From Amoebophrya sp. A120 (lineage: Eukaryota > Protista > Dinoflagellata): a stretch of DNA of 64,000 nt. The notes beneath the pieces are model-generated. The model was not told the origin of the DNA. It was given only the letters and a program-made list of their open reading frames with translations, and did not search any database. The stretch lies in assembly GCA_905178155.1 (NCBI GenBank), contig CAJINV010000018.1, positions 407,028 through 471,027 of the forward strand, written 5' to 3'. Positions within the stretch are counted from its first letter, which is position 1. Every line of letters begins with the position of its first letter. Below are positions 37,076 to 48,888 of this stretch, piece after piece. The position numbers and the translations under genes are program-made.

Positions 37076-38523
37076 CCTTCTGAAGGAAATCTCGAGAAGC
37101 CCCGACTTCCTGAATAAGATGTTTGGAACAGGGGGCCTGTTCTAGAGAAAACGAGGGGCGAATGCGTTCAGGGCACAAAAAAACGGTGCTGCCTGTTGAC
37201 AAGGCATTCTCGTGACGGAGCGACTTACTGAGGCATTCTCGCGGCGAGAACTAGTGTTGGGAAATAGTCCCAATCCTGTTTTGCAGTGGTCGTTGGATCG
37301 TACTCGAGAGAACACAAGGCCACTAAATTCTATAACTCCATGAGTGGAGTATCTCTATCTACGTTGGCGCGATGTGTATTCCTTCGTCATAGTGGTCCAG
37401 CTAGCATTACTGAGAGAGAGTGAGAGACCTATCCTAAAAAAATATAGTCTGACTTCTAGCATGATATATTCAGTCTGTCTAATTGAAGTTCTAATTTCAC
37501 AGCTAGTCTCGCCTACATCTAAGTCTACATCTACATCCTGATAACACAACTCAACTTTTCTTCCCCGAGCGTCCTTCTTCGTTTGCCTGCTCGTTGTCCG
37601 CAACTGCTGCGGAGCTCTCGCCCTCTTACTACTCCTTTCGCCTACGCCTCGATCCCGAGCGCGCACTCCTTCTACTGGCGATTTCTCCTTTTGCTGCGTC
37701 GTCTTCGTTCCCGCCTGCCCGATGGCAAGCGCCTAGCACTACTGCTGGGCCTCTTTCTTCGTCTTCTTCGCCGGTTTCCGCGGTGGTGCTTGCTGCCTTG
37801 CTGGTCTGGTCTGCTTCCGGTGCTGGTGGCCATATGTTTTCATGCCTCTACTACAAAAACATATCTACGGCCCTTGCTCTGCTCCTTGTTCTTCTTTGTC
37901 TGCGTAAGCTTTTCCCAGTCTTTGGGCGTAGTCCTGCTGTCAGCAAATTCGACGGGTTGCGCTGTAATCCGGCGCGGTCCTCGAATCTTGCAACAATCTA
38001 GGCACTATCTTTCGCTTCGCTTTTCGTCCTTTCCTAGCCTAATAGTGCGACCCAGTCCCTTTGTAGTTGCTTCTTGCCGAGCATCTACACAAGGCGTCTA
38101 GCTCTAGCACTACTGAGCTTTCTCGCGACTTACTGAGGCATTCTCGCGGCGAGAACTAGGGCAGGACGGTGAAAAACCGATTTACTGTATACGAGAGAAA
38201 CTGTGAAATATAGATGAATCAATATTGTCCTCTGTGAAACTTTGAAACCACATACAACAGATTTGTCATCGACACTTGCTTGAATTTGTGACATTCTTCT
38301 CGACGAAGATACCTGCTCTACTCGCTCTCTCATTAGGTTTGGAAATCCAGCAACTCACAGACAGTTTTTTACTACATCGACGGCGAAGTAGGCTCGAGCA
38401 CGTGAAGATGAAGATGAGCCGCCCAGCGGCGGTTTTGGTCCTTCCAAATACAACTTCCTTCGGCAGCACGAGCGAGTGACCACAGACGGCATTATGGGGT
38501 CGTGCTGCAATATGTGGTCACAG

Positions 38524-41500
38524 TCACTTGTGGTTCAAGTCCATGGCCAGTTGCAAGTCCTCCTCTAATCCTTCCAGACCCGTGTCCAGCAGCTCCGGGC
38601 CAGTGTCAATCTGGATCCTTTGGCCGTCGGACGTGAGGTAAGTCATCTTCTCCTGCTCGCCCTCCTCTAGACCAAACAACTGGCCATGGCCAACGTCATC
38701 AGCATCAGCAACGTCGTTGTCCGAAAAGGTTTCATCAAACCGACTTTTTATCTTGTTGTTTCTCGTTCCCTCCTCTAGTTGTACGTCTGTCACACTCTGA
38801 TCTTGTCCTAGAATTGCAGAGTTGATGTTTTGAGAACTACTGGCCTCCGAGTCATTGACCGATGTTGTTGGATTCGTCACAATTTCCGGGTGTTTCGGCA
38901 GCGGCAATTCCAGCTTTCTTGCAGCGTGAAGATCCGCTGGTGTTTTTCGCGTCTCAGCAGCAGCAGCAGCGTTACCCGCGCCGGGGTCGAGGAGGTTGAT
39001 GTTGCCAGAAGGAGGTGTGTAACTGTGAGAGAAGTTTGATGGGGGTTCTCGTGATATATTGTGAAAAGGAATCCGAATCTTCAATCACTCTCAGTGCTAT
39101 TCTTGTTAAGCACTGCAATTACTTTTTATGTAGTGGTTCCAAACCGACGTCCTTCCTCGATCGTGTCACTTATGACTGCTCTTGATAACGTCAGTGCCAG
39201 AATCATGCATCTACCGAGAGACTCTGAATCGATGAAAACTATCTTTCAAAAATCGGAATCCTCTCCTTGTTCTCCTCTCAACATCTCTCACAAAAAAGAA
39301 AACGTCGCTCAAACCACAGCTAAAATACCTGTTGTAATAGTCCCCTGCGTCGGAGAAATTCGGGGTCTGCCCCGACAGCAGGTTGTAGTTGTCTGTGGCT
39401 GCCCCGCCTAGCTGCATCATGGGCGTTGCCGCCTCAAACCCGCTTTCTTCGGCGATGGAGTGACTGCTGCTCTGCGACCGGATCTTACTGAGTTTGTCCA
39501 GAATCTCCTGCTCGACCACGCCCTTGCTGCTGGACCGCGTGTAACTTTCGCCGCCAGGTTTGGAAGTCAAGCCGCTATGTTGAGGCTTCACGTTCACGCC
39601 CGTTGAAGAACCTCCTCCATGGTCACCAGATCCCCCGCGATCTGTCTTGAAATCCGACCGAGAAGAGCTCATCCGTGACTGTGGCTGGCTCACGATGTCC
39701 TCCAGAACTTCGTACGCAGCCTGCTGTCGCTGTTGGGTCTCCTGCAACTTCTTGATCAGGGAAAGCTCTTCGCGCTCCATCGCTGTAAATTTTCATTTGA
39801 GTCGTGGTGCTGTTTTGCTTTTGTTTCATACGAACCGAACAAAATAAATCATCTTCGTGCAATAATCAATGTGAAGATCTCCTCGTTATTAATTTTCGTG
39901 GACGAGGATTGTGATCACTTTTGGTCACGCGGCCACTATTTGTATCAAGGTCGCCCGTTCGGGTTCGCAACGTTTCATCCCGAGTAGGTCGTACGTAGCA
40001 AGATGTGGATGCACAACGGAGCAGGCTGCATTTCTGATCCTGGTGAATATATATCTGCATGGTCGTCCCGCTGCCTGTCGTGCTTCCACATAATTCCTGA
40101 GTTTGAGTTGTCCTTTTGATGTTCCTGAGGTTGTGAAGATGTTGCTGGAGGGTTGATGGGATTCCTGAAGCGGCCTCTTTTTCCCGTGATCACGACCGCT
40201 CGTCCTGATGGCGCTTCCTGAGTGGAGTGTTGCGGTTCTTTCCTGGCAGGTCGTACGTGCAACTTTTCGCCGTCCTTGGTAGTCGTGAAGAAGAAAAGCA
40301 ACCTCGCTCTACTAGTACTTTTCCGGCGTGGTCAACAGCATCCTTGGAAGGCGAAGTAGGAAGAGCTGCATCTCCTCGACGAACCGATTTTACTGATCAG
40401 ATCTCCTCGTCCTCGATCACGATTAGTGGGGGAAGATGTTCTTGGCATGATCTATATCTCTGATCATGTTGTTTCTAGCAGGAACGACCGAGCCGACCAA
40501 AAATCCCGGCAGGACGAAAAAGCGGTGCGGATTTTTTTGTTGTTGTTGTTGCGATCGTCAAGAATTTCGCTTCTTGGGTGCCTTTTGCTGAAGATCGCGT
40601 GTAGCAGCTACACAGCTGCCACACAATTGACATGGGATTTGATGCAACGCATGACAAAGATTGTTGTTGTTCTGCTTTACATGTATCATTCACACATGAA
40701 AATAAAGCATCAGAGTAAAAAGTACCTCGAATCAAGTCCTCTTTCTGTTTTTTCATTTCCAATTCACGTTCGAGTTTTTCTTGAAAGATCTTCGAGCTTA
40801 TCGGCCGTAAAAATTTCTATGCCAGTGATGCTCACGCGACTGAACTTTTCCTGAAGATGCGGCATTATCATGCTTGAAGCGAGGATGAATGGCGATCGCG
40901 AGTGGGTCTCCCAGTACAGAGCGCAAGAACCGAAATAAACTTGTCATCATTGATCTTTATGGCTGGAGGTGCGATTGACATCGACTCATGTACTATGCCA
41001 AACATCTTCAATAATTTCAGACGGTGGAAGATCATTGGCAATTTCATGGCATTCCATAGCGCCAATGCCCTTCTTCGCGTCCAAAGCCTGCTGCTGTCTC
41101 GTTTGGCTCATCAACCTGAAAGTGTAGTTCTTCTGTGGATTTGTATTGCACTTTATCATCATCATCATCATCTTCATGCTGTTGGATCAGTGAGATCTTT
41201 GTCATGCACATTGAAGGTACACAGCCGCAAAAGAATCTAGCAACATCTTCCTACCGCTCCCTCCTGACTCTCTGTCGCGTCTCCTCCGCTTCCAGTCTGT
41301 ACTGTTCCGCGTCCTGCTTTCGCACAAGCTCCGCTCGTTTCCGTTCTTCCACGGATCGTAAGTAGTCCTGCTTCTTGCGCTGCAGATCCTGCCCGACCGC
41401 TTTGCTATTATTTTTCACGTTCTCCTCCTTCCGTTTTTGCACGAGCGACTTCTGGTATTCCTTCGTCTTTCGTTATCCACTGCAAATATGTCTGGGCGGT

Positions 41501-42484
41501 CTGGAAGAATGCAAGTTTGTGATGCTTGGCCGACAAGTTTGAAAAGTCTGCCATGCTTGTTGTGCTACAGTGCCACTTCGTTGTCATGCAAAAAGGCGCT
41601 TTGTCATGCGGTTGGCGCTAGACATAGCCGCTGGCTCAGAAACTTGTCATGCGCGGCCCCGTAATACAGGTTTCGCATCATTCCAACATTAGCATCACAA
41701 CTTTCCAGACCAATACATTGTTTGCAGTGCATATCCGTTCCTCAGTCTCGATTTCGTTCTTCTCGTCCAACCGTTTCTGGTATAACAATGCACAACTCCC
41801 CCTCCCCCTCATTTGTATTGCATGAACGGCAATACAAGCACCAGCAACGATGCCGGTTTTACATGACAAATTTGCACTAGAGTATAGTGCTATTTGGGCT
41901 AGCATAACTTGTCATGCAAGCAGTGGTAACAGGCAAAGGGCGGATTAAGTACTTATTTTGCATGACAAATGAGGGGGAGCAGCAGGGGGGGTTGTGCACC
42001 GTCATATCTGGTTCCGCAGCCGCAGGTTCAGAATGTCCACCGCCTTTTTCTCGGTTTCCTTCGTCTTTTGAATCGCTTTCTCCTCCTCCAATCTTAGCAG
42101 CTGGATCCGGTTCTGCAACAAGACCGCATCCTGTTCCGCGCGCTTCCGGGAGACGGTGGCGGTGAACAGCGCGGGACGGGTGGAGGAGTGGGAGTGGTTG
42201 GTGGTGTTGTTGTCATGGTGCTGGTGGGAGGAAGACGAAGAGGGGGGGAAATTACTGCTCATCTTCATTCCACCACCTCGAGCGCTGCTGGTGTTAGAAG
42301 ACGCGGCTGTCGTAGTACCGCCGGCAGGAAAGTGGGCGTGGTGTAGTTGTGGTGGTCCACCTCTCGCGGATGATTGCTGCGAGGAGGCATTTGAGAATAT
42401 GGGGCTCTTGTGGCTGCTGGTGCCGAGGGTCACGGTTTTCTTTGTTGTCGCCCTGGAGCCGGAGGACCCACCGAATTGTTCCAT
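38524..42484 (-). CDS. Coiled-coil protein of unknown function (multi-exon)
   Basis: Heptad-rich exons AEQDAVLLQNRIQLLRLEEEKAIQKTKE, EERKRAELVRKQ and MEREELSLIKKLQETQQRQQAAYEVLE. Frame restored across elements at 41781 and 41474. Remaining intron boundaries are approximate. Confidence 0.65.
41474..41733. mobile_element. Introner, family A (interior like 31230)
   Basis: DR TTCGT/TCCGT. Confidence 0.85.
41781..42006. mobile_element. Introner, family I
   Basis: Perfect DR TCTGG. Confidence 0.9.
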
Positions 42485-43317
42485 GACTTTTAGAAGTCCT
42501 GTGATGTAAAAACGACCTTGACAACTGTGCTATTGTATTCCGTTTTCGCTCGCACTTCTTCTCCTAGACACATTTTCAAACGAGAAACTGTGCGTGCTTG
42601 TTTTTCCACATAGTTAAAACCGCGAGAAGACGGCTTTCGCTCGTGAGATTTGCTGTTCCGAGTGAAATAAAAAGGCTCGCCCTTTCATCTCTCAACACTC
42701 TCAGAGCATCATTAGACACATGAAGCGCAAAACCTTCTCAACTCCACGCCGGCAGCCTGAGGCTGTGCTGAGCTTTATTGTGTGCCTGTTTGCTGCTCAA
42801 TGCGGACCACTTCGGCGACGGGGCGCGCAACATGACACACCTGGCGCGTCTGGGGCTTTCTGGTGTCACGGTTTCGGGTCACAGCACCCGGCCCGACACA
42901 AATATGAAGGCCATACAAAATCTCCACGCCGCAGTGTCTCAATAAACCGAACACACAGGAGACAGTATCCCTCGCCAACGTGATTGGATCACTTGGTTTT
43001 TCAGGTTCACAAGAACTCCCTTGTTTTCTTTCTCTTCTCTAGTTGATCTAGTTCCGAAACAATACACATTACGCTGCCCCGTTCTCCATTTCGATTTCTT
43101 CATCAAGCAATCATACATGTTGAAATTCTTCGCGCTGATAAGTACCATGAGGCCGTACAACAGGAGAGGCGATCATCTGAAGCATCACAATTGACATTTG
43201 AAAGTAAATTTTCCTGCTGTACTACTACGACACCACCAACCTTTTCAGCAAGAACGCCGTATTTAGGGTTTAGGGTATCGCCGTGTTGATTTCCTCCCGC
43301 GAAGATCGTCATCACTA

Positions 43318-46300
43318 TCAAAACAGCAAGTCCGCGAGAATCAGGCCGCCAACCACGCCCGCGCCGATGCCCAGCATGTCCGCCAAGGGGCCGTCCATTT
43401 GCCGGGGCCTGGGGGGGAATTTTCGCCGGAACACCCGGCCGTAGACTGTGTTGGTGTTCATGGTCACGGAGTCCAAGATGAACATGCGGTCCATGCCAAA
43501 CGCTTGGCTGCTGGTCAGCTGGGGCCGTTGGGAAAAGCCGCGCTGCCGCATCTGCCGGTGCAGCTCCCGCAACAGTTCATCGTAGGTCAGCGCGTTCCCG
43601 CGCGAGTAGAAATTCCGCATAGTCTCGCAAAACGCCGTGGTCATGGCGCCGGCCCGCTGTCCGTAGTAGCTCCCGCAAGGTGTGGCGTGGAAAAAACTTC
43701 AATCATGTTGTACTACAATCCCTGCGTCCCCGTCGCGTTTTCAAATACATGATCCAGCTTCTCTTGCAGCCGGAGCTTTCCACCAGAGAGGCATGAAGAT
43801 CGGGAGAAGATGGGTGAATTTTCAGATCCGCTTCGTTCGTAAATAAAACAAAAAAGAACAATAACAAAGTGCGCCTTTTCTCAAGACAAACACTTTTGCG
43901 CCTTCCGGAAGAACGTAGCGCCTACAATTCCGAACAACTGCGCTTCCCAATCCCAGAATGCTTTCGTGAGTAATAATAGTACCGACCTGGGCGGTCAGGG
44001 TTGTAGTCCTTACACTCTGTTTTTTCCACGCGATACCATCGGAGCTAGTTTGCGAGTCTTCGCACCCCGAGAACATCTGCACATCGCCGCGGGAGTGAAA
44101 TGGGTTTGTATCCTCTCGCCAACCTGGAGTTTTTTGTTTCTCAACATCCGGGAGAATCGCTATAGCACAAGCACTTAGGCAAAATGGATTCCAAATGATC
44201 TTGTCATGCACAGAGCCATGCTGAAAAAAGAAAAACTTCTCTTGCATCTACAACTTCGGCTTAATTCCGACGTACCCCTTCCTGGTGTCCAGGTCCAAGG
44301 CAGATCCAGCCCAGTTATCAAATGCAAAAATGTCCCTGGGTCTGAAAGAATGCGCGACTTGTCATGCAGCTTTTCCATGACCCATCAGGTCTGGAATGCA
44401 GGACCTAGCGCGACAGATTCTGTGCGATCTCTCTCATGCCTATCCTGCATGAGAAACTCCCTCCCGACTTGGTCAAAACTGGACGACTTTTGGTAATCAC
44501 GCAACACAGATTTTTGGTTAACTCTAGACCGCTCAGAGTGTAATCGTGATTCAAACGGAATTCAAACTGAATTCAAAAAGTTGGCATTTTCAAAAAAACG
44601 CCCCTCCGAGGGGGCGAATCGGGCGAAACAAATGCGGCGCGCGACAGCTATAGAAAACGGCCTGTAGCCGCTTTCACACGAACGCTGCGCCCTGTGCTTG
44701 GTCCAGCGGACCAGGCGCGAAACGGCAACGGGATCCAACCCCGCGAAGGAACTTCCGGGAAATGGGGCGAACGGGCTTTGGTTCGACCGGCGGCCGAAGT
44801 TTGTTATCATGCCTTAACTTGCGAACCTTGAAACCCGGCTCGGCGCCAGGGGGGTGCTGCCGGTGTAATGAGAGAAGACCCTGCCCAGCCACAGAAAAAT
44901 GCCGGGAAGCGTCGGGGGCCGGCTTATGCGGTTAGGAGCATGGCTGGCGTCGGTGTCGGGGTCGCGGCTTGGCCCGGCGAGCGCTCAAGCGAGTCAGCCT
45001 GTGCATATTGCATGTGACGCTAGTGGACAAAATGCCGCCAGGGGCGAGGCCATCCCCGGCCGCCATTCCCAATGCGGTCAGCCACCCAAGATAGCCCAGG
45101 CTAGTCTCGGTAGGTGAAGTCGAGTGGAGGCACAACTCTGGTGGCCCGACCACAAAATCCCATCCCCCACCAATTCAAAATCCATCCGAATTCTGTCAGA
45201 ATCCGTCCGAATCAAGAAGCCAAGTAGGGGACAAAATTCGGACGGAATTCCGACAGAATTCGGATGAGTTTTGAATTTGCCCCGATGGCCCCGATGGAGT
45301 TTGAATTGGGGCCGATCGTCCGGATGGGTTTTGAATTGGGGCCGGTCGTCCGGATGGAGTTTGAATTGGGGCCGGTCGATCGGATGGAGTTTGAAATTGA
45401 GATCCACTCCCCGATGAACTTTAGAATTGTTGCGCCGATCCCAAATTAGCGCCGCAAACAAGCGCAGCCCCCTTCTGCGCCCGTGCGGGCCAGTTGTAGC
45501 GTTCCTGCCTGAAGTGCCAAAGCCAACAATAGCGCCGGCCGCGGGAATGACTAGACCGCCACCCGTGTCAGACAGGCGCTACACAATAGTGGCGCGAAAT
45601 TTTAAGCCACGACAGAGCGCCGCCGCCCTTCACAGGCGATGCGGGCGTATGCCGGAAAGTGAATCAGAGCGCATCGCTCTGGCCCTCGGTCATCATTCAG
45701 CAACACTGAGAGTACGGCGCGGAGCAGCCCTTCGGGTTGAGCCCGTCCCCCGAGCCAATGAGCCAGGAGGCAGCGGCGCTACCAGGTCGCCAAAAGCTGC
45801 CGGGGCAGCAACCGCTGAGAGCCCAGGGCATCGCGGATTGTGGCTCATTTCAAAAGTGCTCACTTTTTGAATTCATTTTGAATTCGTTTTGAATTCAATT
45901 TGACACCGCCTGGTCCAGCGTTAATTTTTGGATGCTTCAGATTTAGCATGACAAGTTGCATGCTTCCAGACCCAGACATTTTTACATTTGATACCAGTGC
46001 CTGAATGACAACTGTCCATCAAACAGGTCAACCTGGCGCCCTCAGGAAGCTATCCACTGCAAAAATATCGCACGACTCTACAGATTGATTGCAGTCTGGC
46101 ACGACAAATCTAGACTTTCTACCTGATTCAACATGACAAACTGCGTACTATTTTGTTTTGGCGAAAATTTGTCATGCGATCCATACTAGTACAAGTAGGA
46201 TATTTTTGCAAAAATGCATAGCAGGGGTCGCACCACGATGTCCGCCATCTGGTCGTCGGAAATCTGGTATGAGAGCGCACAACCCCCCCTCGGTCTCATT

Positions 46301-48888
46301 TCTCATGCAAAATCCCAAATCCAATTGCTTCTTTGCGTCACTATTTATGCATGACAGACTCCGGAAGGAGCGGCCGAAACTGTACTACACTCGGCGCATG
46401 ACTTTGTCATGCACTGGCTTCACGTGTGCTGCTGTTTGTGTTGCTGTTCATGCAATACAAATGACGGGGAGCAGGGGGAGTTGTGCAGTGTCATATCTGG
46501 CCGGCCCGCTGGAAGTCACAGGGCAGGATCGTTTCGTTCATGCCGTCTTCTTCGTAGCCGTGCGGGTCCTCCTGTTGCGCGCCGTGTCCGCTGTACAGCA
46601 GAAACAGCACGTCCCCCGTATCCTGAGTAAAAACGCACCCACACCAGAGTCAGGATGGGGATTTTGCAACACAAATTTAGGAGTTTTGTGAGTCACGCAT
46701 GACAAGTTGCGCTCTGCAGTGTAGTGCAGGTTAGCAAGTGCAGCCGCGTCACAGATTCATCTGCTCATCCTGTTCACAGCATCACATCGGAGGTCTACGG
46801 GCAGTTCGTCCCTTGTGGCATCAGGCCCTACTAAAACCAATAAAAGGTTGCAGTTGAAACAAAGGCATAGTATCAAGAAAATGGAGGAACTTAGCGGGAA
46901 TTTTTACGAAGTACAACGTACGAGTAGTACCACGAGAGACGACCTAGGTCAGTGAAGCAGGGACGGCTACAGCCACACGGGGTCCCGCAGAGACCGAGTA
47001 CAGGGTACCTGACCGTGGTACATCAAAGGCCTGGAGGTCAAAGCGGGTGCTCACACAAATCGAGTCCAGGTCTACGAGTAGTGTTCACAGCATCACAAAT
47101 TCCAAAACACGATTGGAAATGGCTCTCATGGGGATGCGCATTACAAGTCTTCCTGTCTTTGCAAATTTGCATTACAACTCTGGTGTGGGTACGTTTTTAC
47201 TCAGGATACCCCGGCTTGCAGTCCTGCGTGAGCCAGTGCAGCCCGGAGAGAATGTTGCGCTTCGTTATCAAATGCAAAAATGTCTGGGTCTGGAAACTTG
47301 TGATGCTGGGTGGCGTCTCATGATGAGGCTACAAATGCTGGCTCAGCATGACAAGTTTCTGAGCTCCTAGGTGTTGCCTATTCTGCATGACAAACTACGT
47401 TTCTGCATGACAGAAAAGTGGGGCTCTTTGGTAATGTGCATGACAGATTTAAGAGTCATGCCAGACAAGCATGACAAACATGAATTCTTCCAGACCCAGA
47501 CATTTTTACAGTTGATATTCGTGGGGTGCTCGCCAAAGGTGCCCCTGCCGTCATCCGTCAAAACGCGGATTTGGTCCGTCTTCCACCGGAAAGTTTCGGT
47601 GAGGAGTATCGCGAGGAAGAATCCCCCCTTCCCATACTGAAAAGTCACGCTTTTGGATGGAAATTTGTGATGCTGGTTTATGGTCACAAATCATGTCTGT
47701 CTTGCAAGAAAGCAAACCCAGAAGGCCCCCCGCATTATGCCGGCGGATTGTCATGCCGTTGGGCCTACAGCATAAGCTTTTGCCGTGCTGAGCGCCTGGG
47801 CCAAAACCTCCCCGCTCAGGCTTAGTCTGGGCCTGCAGTCCTCTACTGCAAGACAAGGTTGATCGGTGTACGCAAATCCAGCATCAGAAATTTCGTTTTG
47901 ATATGGGGAGGGGGGTTTTGTTTTCCTTTTGATAAGGAGCCGGTACACATTCTGCACGTCGTTGATGCAGCCCTTCAGCTATGGATTGCAAACATGTCTG
48001 GGTCTGGAAACTTGTGATGCAAGTCAGTCAAGAACAAATGCACTGTAATGCGCCGCCAAGCATGATAAGTTTTTTCGTGCTTCTGTGCTTCGTATTCCGC
48101 ATGAGAAACTGCGTTTTTGCATGACAGGCGAGACCGAGAGAGGCTGTTTCGATGGCCCTACGCAATACAGATTTAAAGGCCATACCAGATCAGCATGACA
48201 AATCTCGCAATTTTCCAGACCTAGATACATATTATGCATTCCATATCAACTCTGCCCGCGTGCCTCGGTAATTGATCCCGATTAGCAGCGCCTTCTGCCG
48301 CCCGGTCAACGGAGGCGGTGCGTGCCCTCCTTGCGGAAAGGGTTGTTGGTAGTTTGGCATATTGCCGTACCCCGATGGACGCTGCTGCATCGGCTGGCCT
48401 TGCGGGCTGATGTTGCTGTGCTGTTGTTGACCACCCGCCGACGACATGGGGACTTGCTGCGACTGTAGAAAGAGAAAAAAATGTTTTACTCGTCCCACGT
48501 TCTTTCATCTAGCGGCAACAGTCAATGACCACGTCACAAGAAAAACAAACTACGAATGCAACTTCCTGAAGAGGAGTTGCGAACATCACCGCTCTAGAAC
48601 CTCTACAACGAGCAATCAAAGTCAAAGACGAGCCTGTAGTGTTAAATAGTAAACTACAACGTGTAAGTGCTATATGCTCACCTGCATTTGTGGTATTTGC
48701 CCCCCGCCACTCAGCGGCACCACCTGGCCGTCGGGGGTCATCCTGCCTGGAATTTGGTTGTGCCCAATCACGTTGCCATTTTGGTCCACCACCGGCTGCA
48801 GCAGCATCACCTCCTGCTGTTGGTTCTGCTGCCGCTGGTACCGCCGCCGTTCGTTGGTGCCATCAAGGTCGGAAATACACCCACCCAT
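43318..48888 (-). CDS. MCA1: Type I metacaspase (peptidase C14B) with Q/P-rich prodomain and N-terminal MGGC acylation-like motif
   Basis: Spliced protein has KALLIGINY..LKGCIND, catalytic YSGHG and MDSCHSGTG, FSGCEDSQTSSD and GAMTTAF. GT-AG introns at 48463-48681 and 44124-44275, plus 8 introners. Confidence 0.93.
43681..44035. mobile_element. Old G/K-like introner with eroded DR
   Basis: Termini TGTGGCGTGGAAAAAAC / GTTTTTTCCACGCGATA; removing it plus 5 nt restores SSDG-GSYYGQRAGAM. Confidence 0.7.
44316..45993. mobile_element. Introner, family A, carrying a nested TIR element
   Basis: Perfect DR CCAGT; empty-site copy at 36382. Confidence 0.92.
44518..45924. mobile_element. Nested non-autonomous TIR transposon (~1.4 kb)
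   Basis: ~75-bp imperfect TIRs starting TTAAC and rich in GAATTCAAA; flanking TTTTTGG duplication; internal 30-bp tandem repeat at ~45260-45420. Confidence 0.8.
46051..46220. mobile_element. Introner, family L, degenerate
   Basis: TATCCACTGCAAAAATATC / GATATTTTTGCAAAAATGCATA; DR GAAGC/GCAGG; frame restored. Confidence 0.8.
46268..46495. mobile_element. Introner, family I
   Basis: Perfect DR TCTGG. Confidence 0.9.
46619..47208. mobile_element. Introner, family C, with 295-bp nested insert (46787-47081)
   Basis: Perfect DR CCCCG; insert flanked by a 16-bp duplication. Confidence 0.9.
47266..47517. mobile_element. Introner, family A (reverse orientation of 11521)
   Basis: Perfect DR TTCGT. 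Confidence 0.9.
47607..47934. mobile_element. Introner, family B
   Basis: Perfect DR AGGAG. Confidence 0.9.
47980..48245. mobile_element. Introner, family A (interior like 820)
   Basis: DR TCAGC/TCAAC. Confidence 0.88.
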
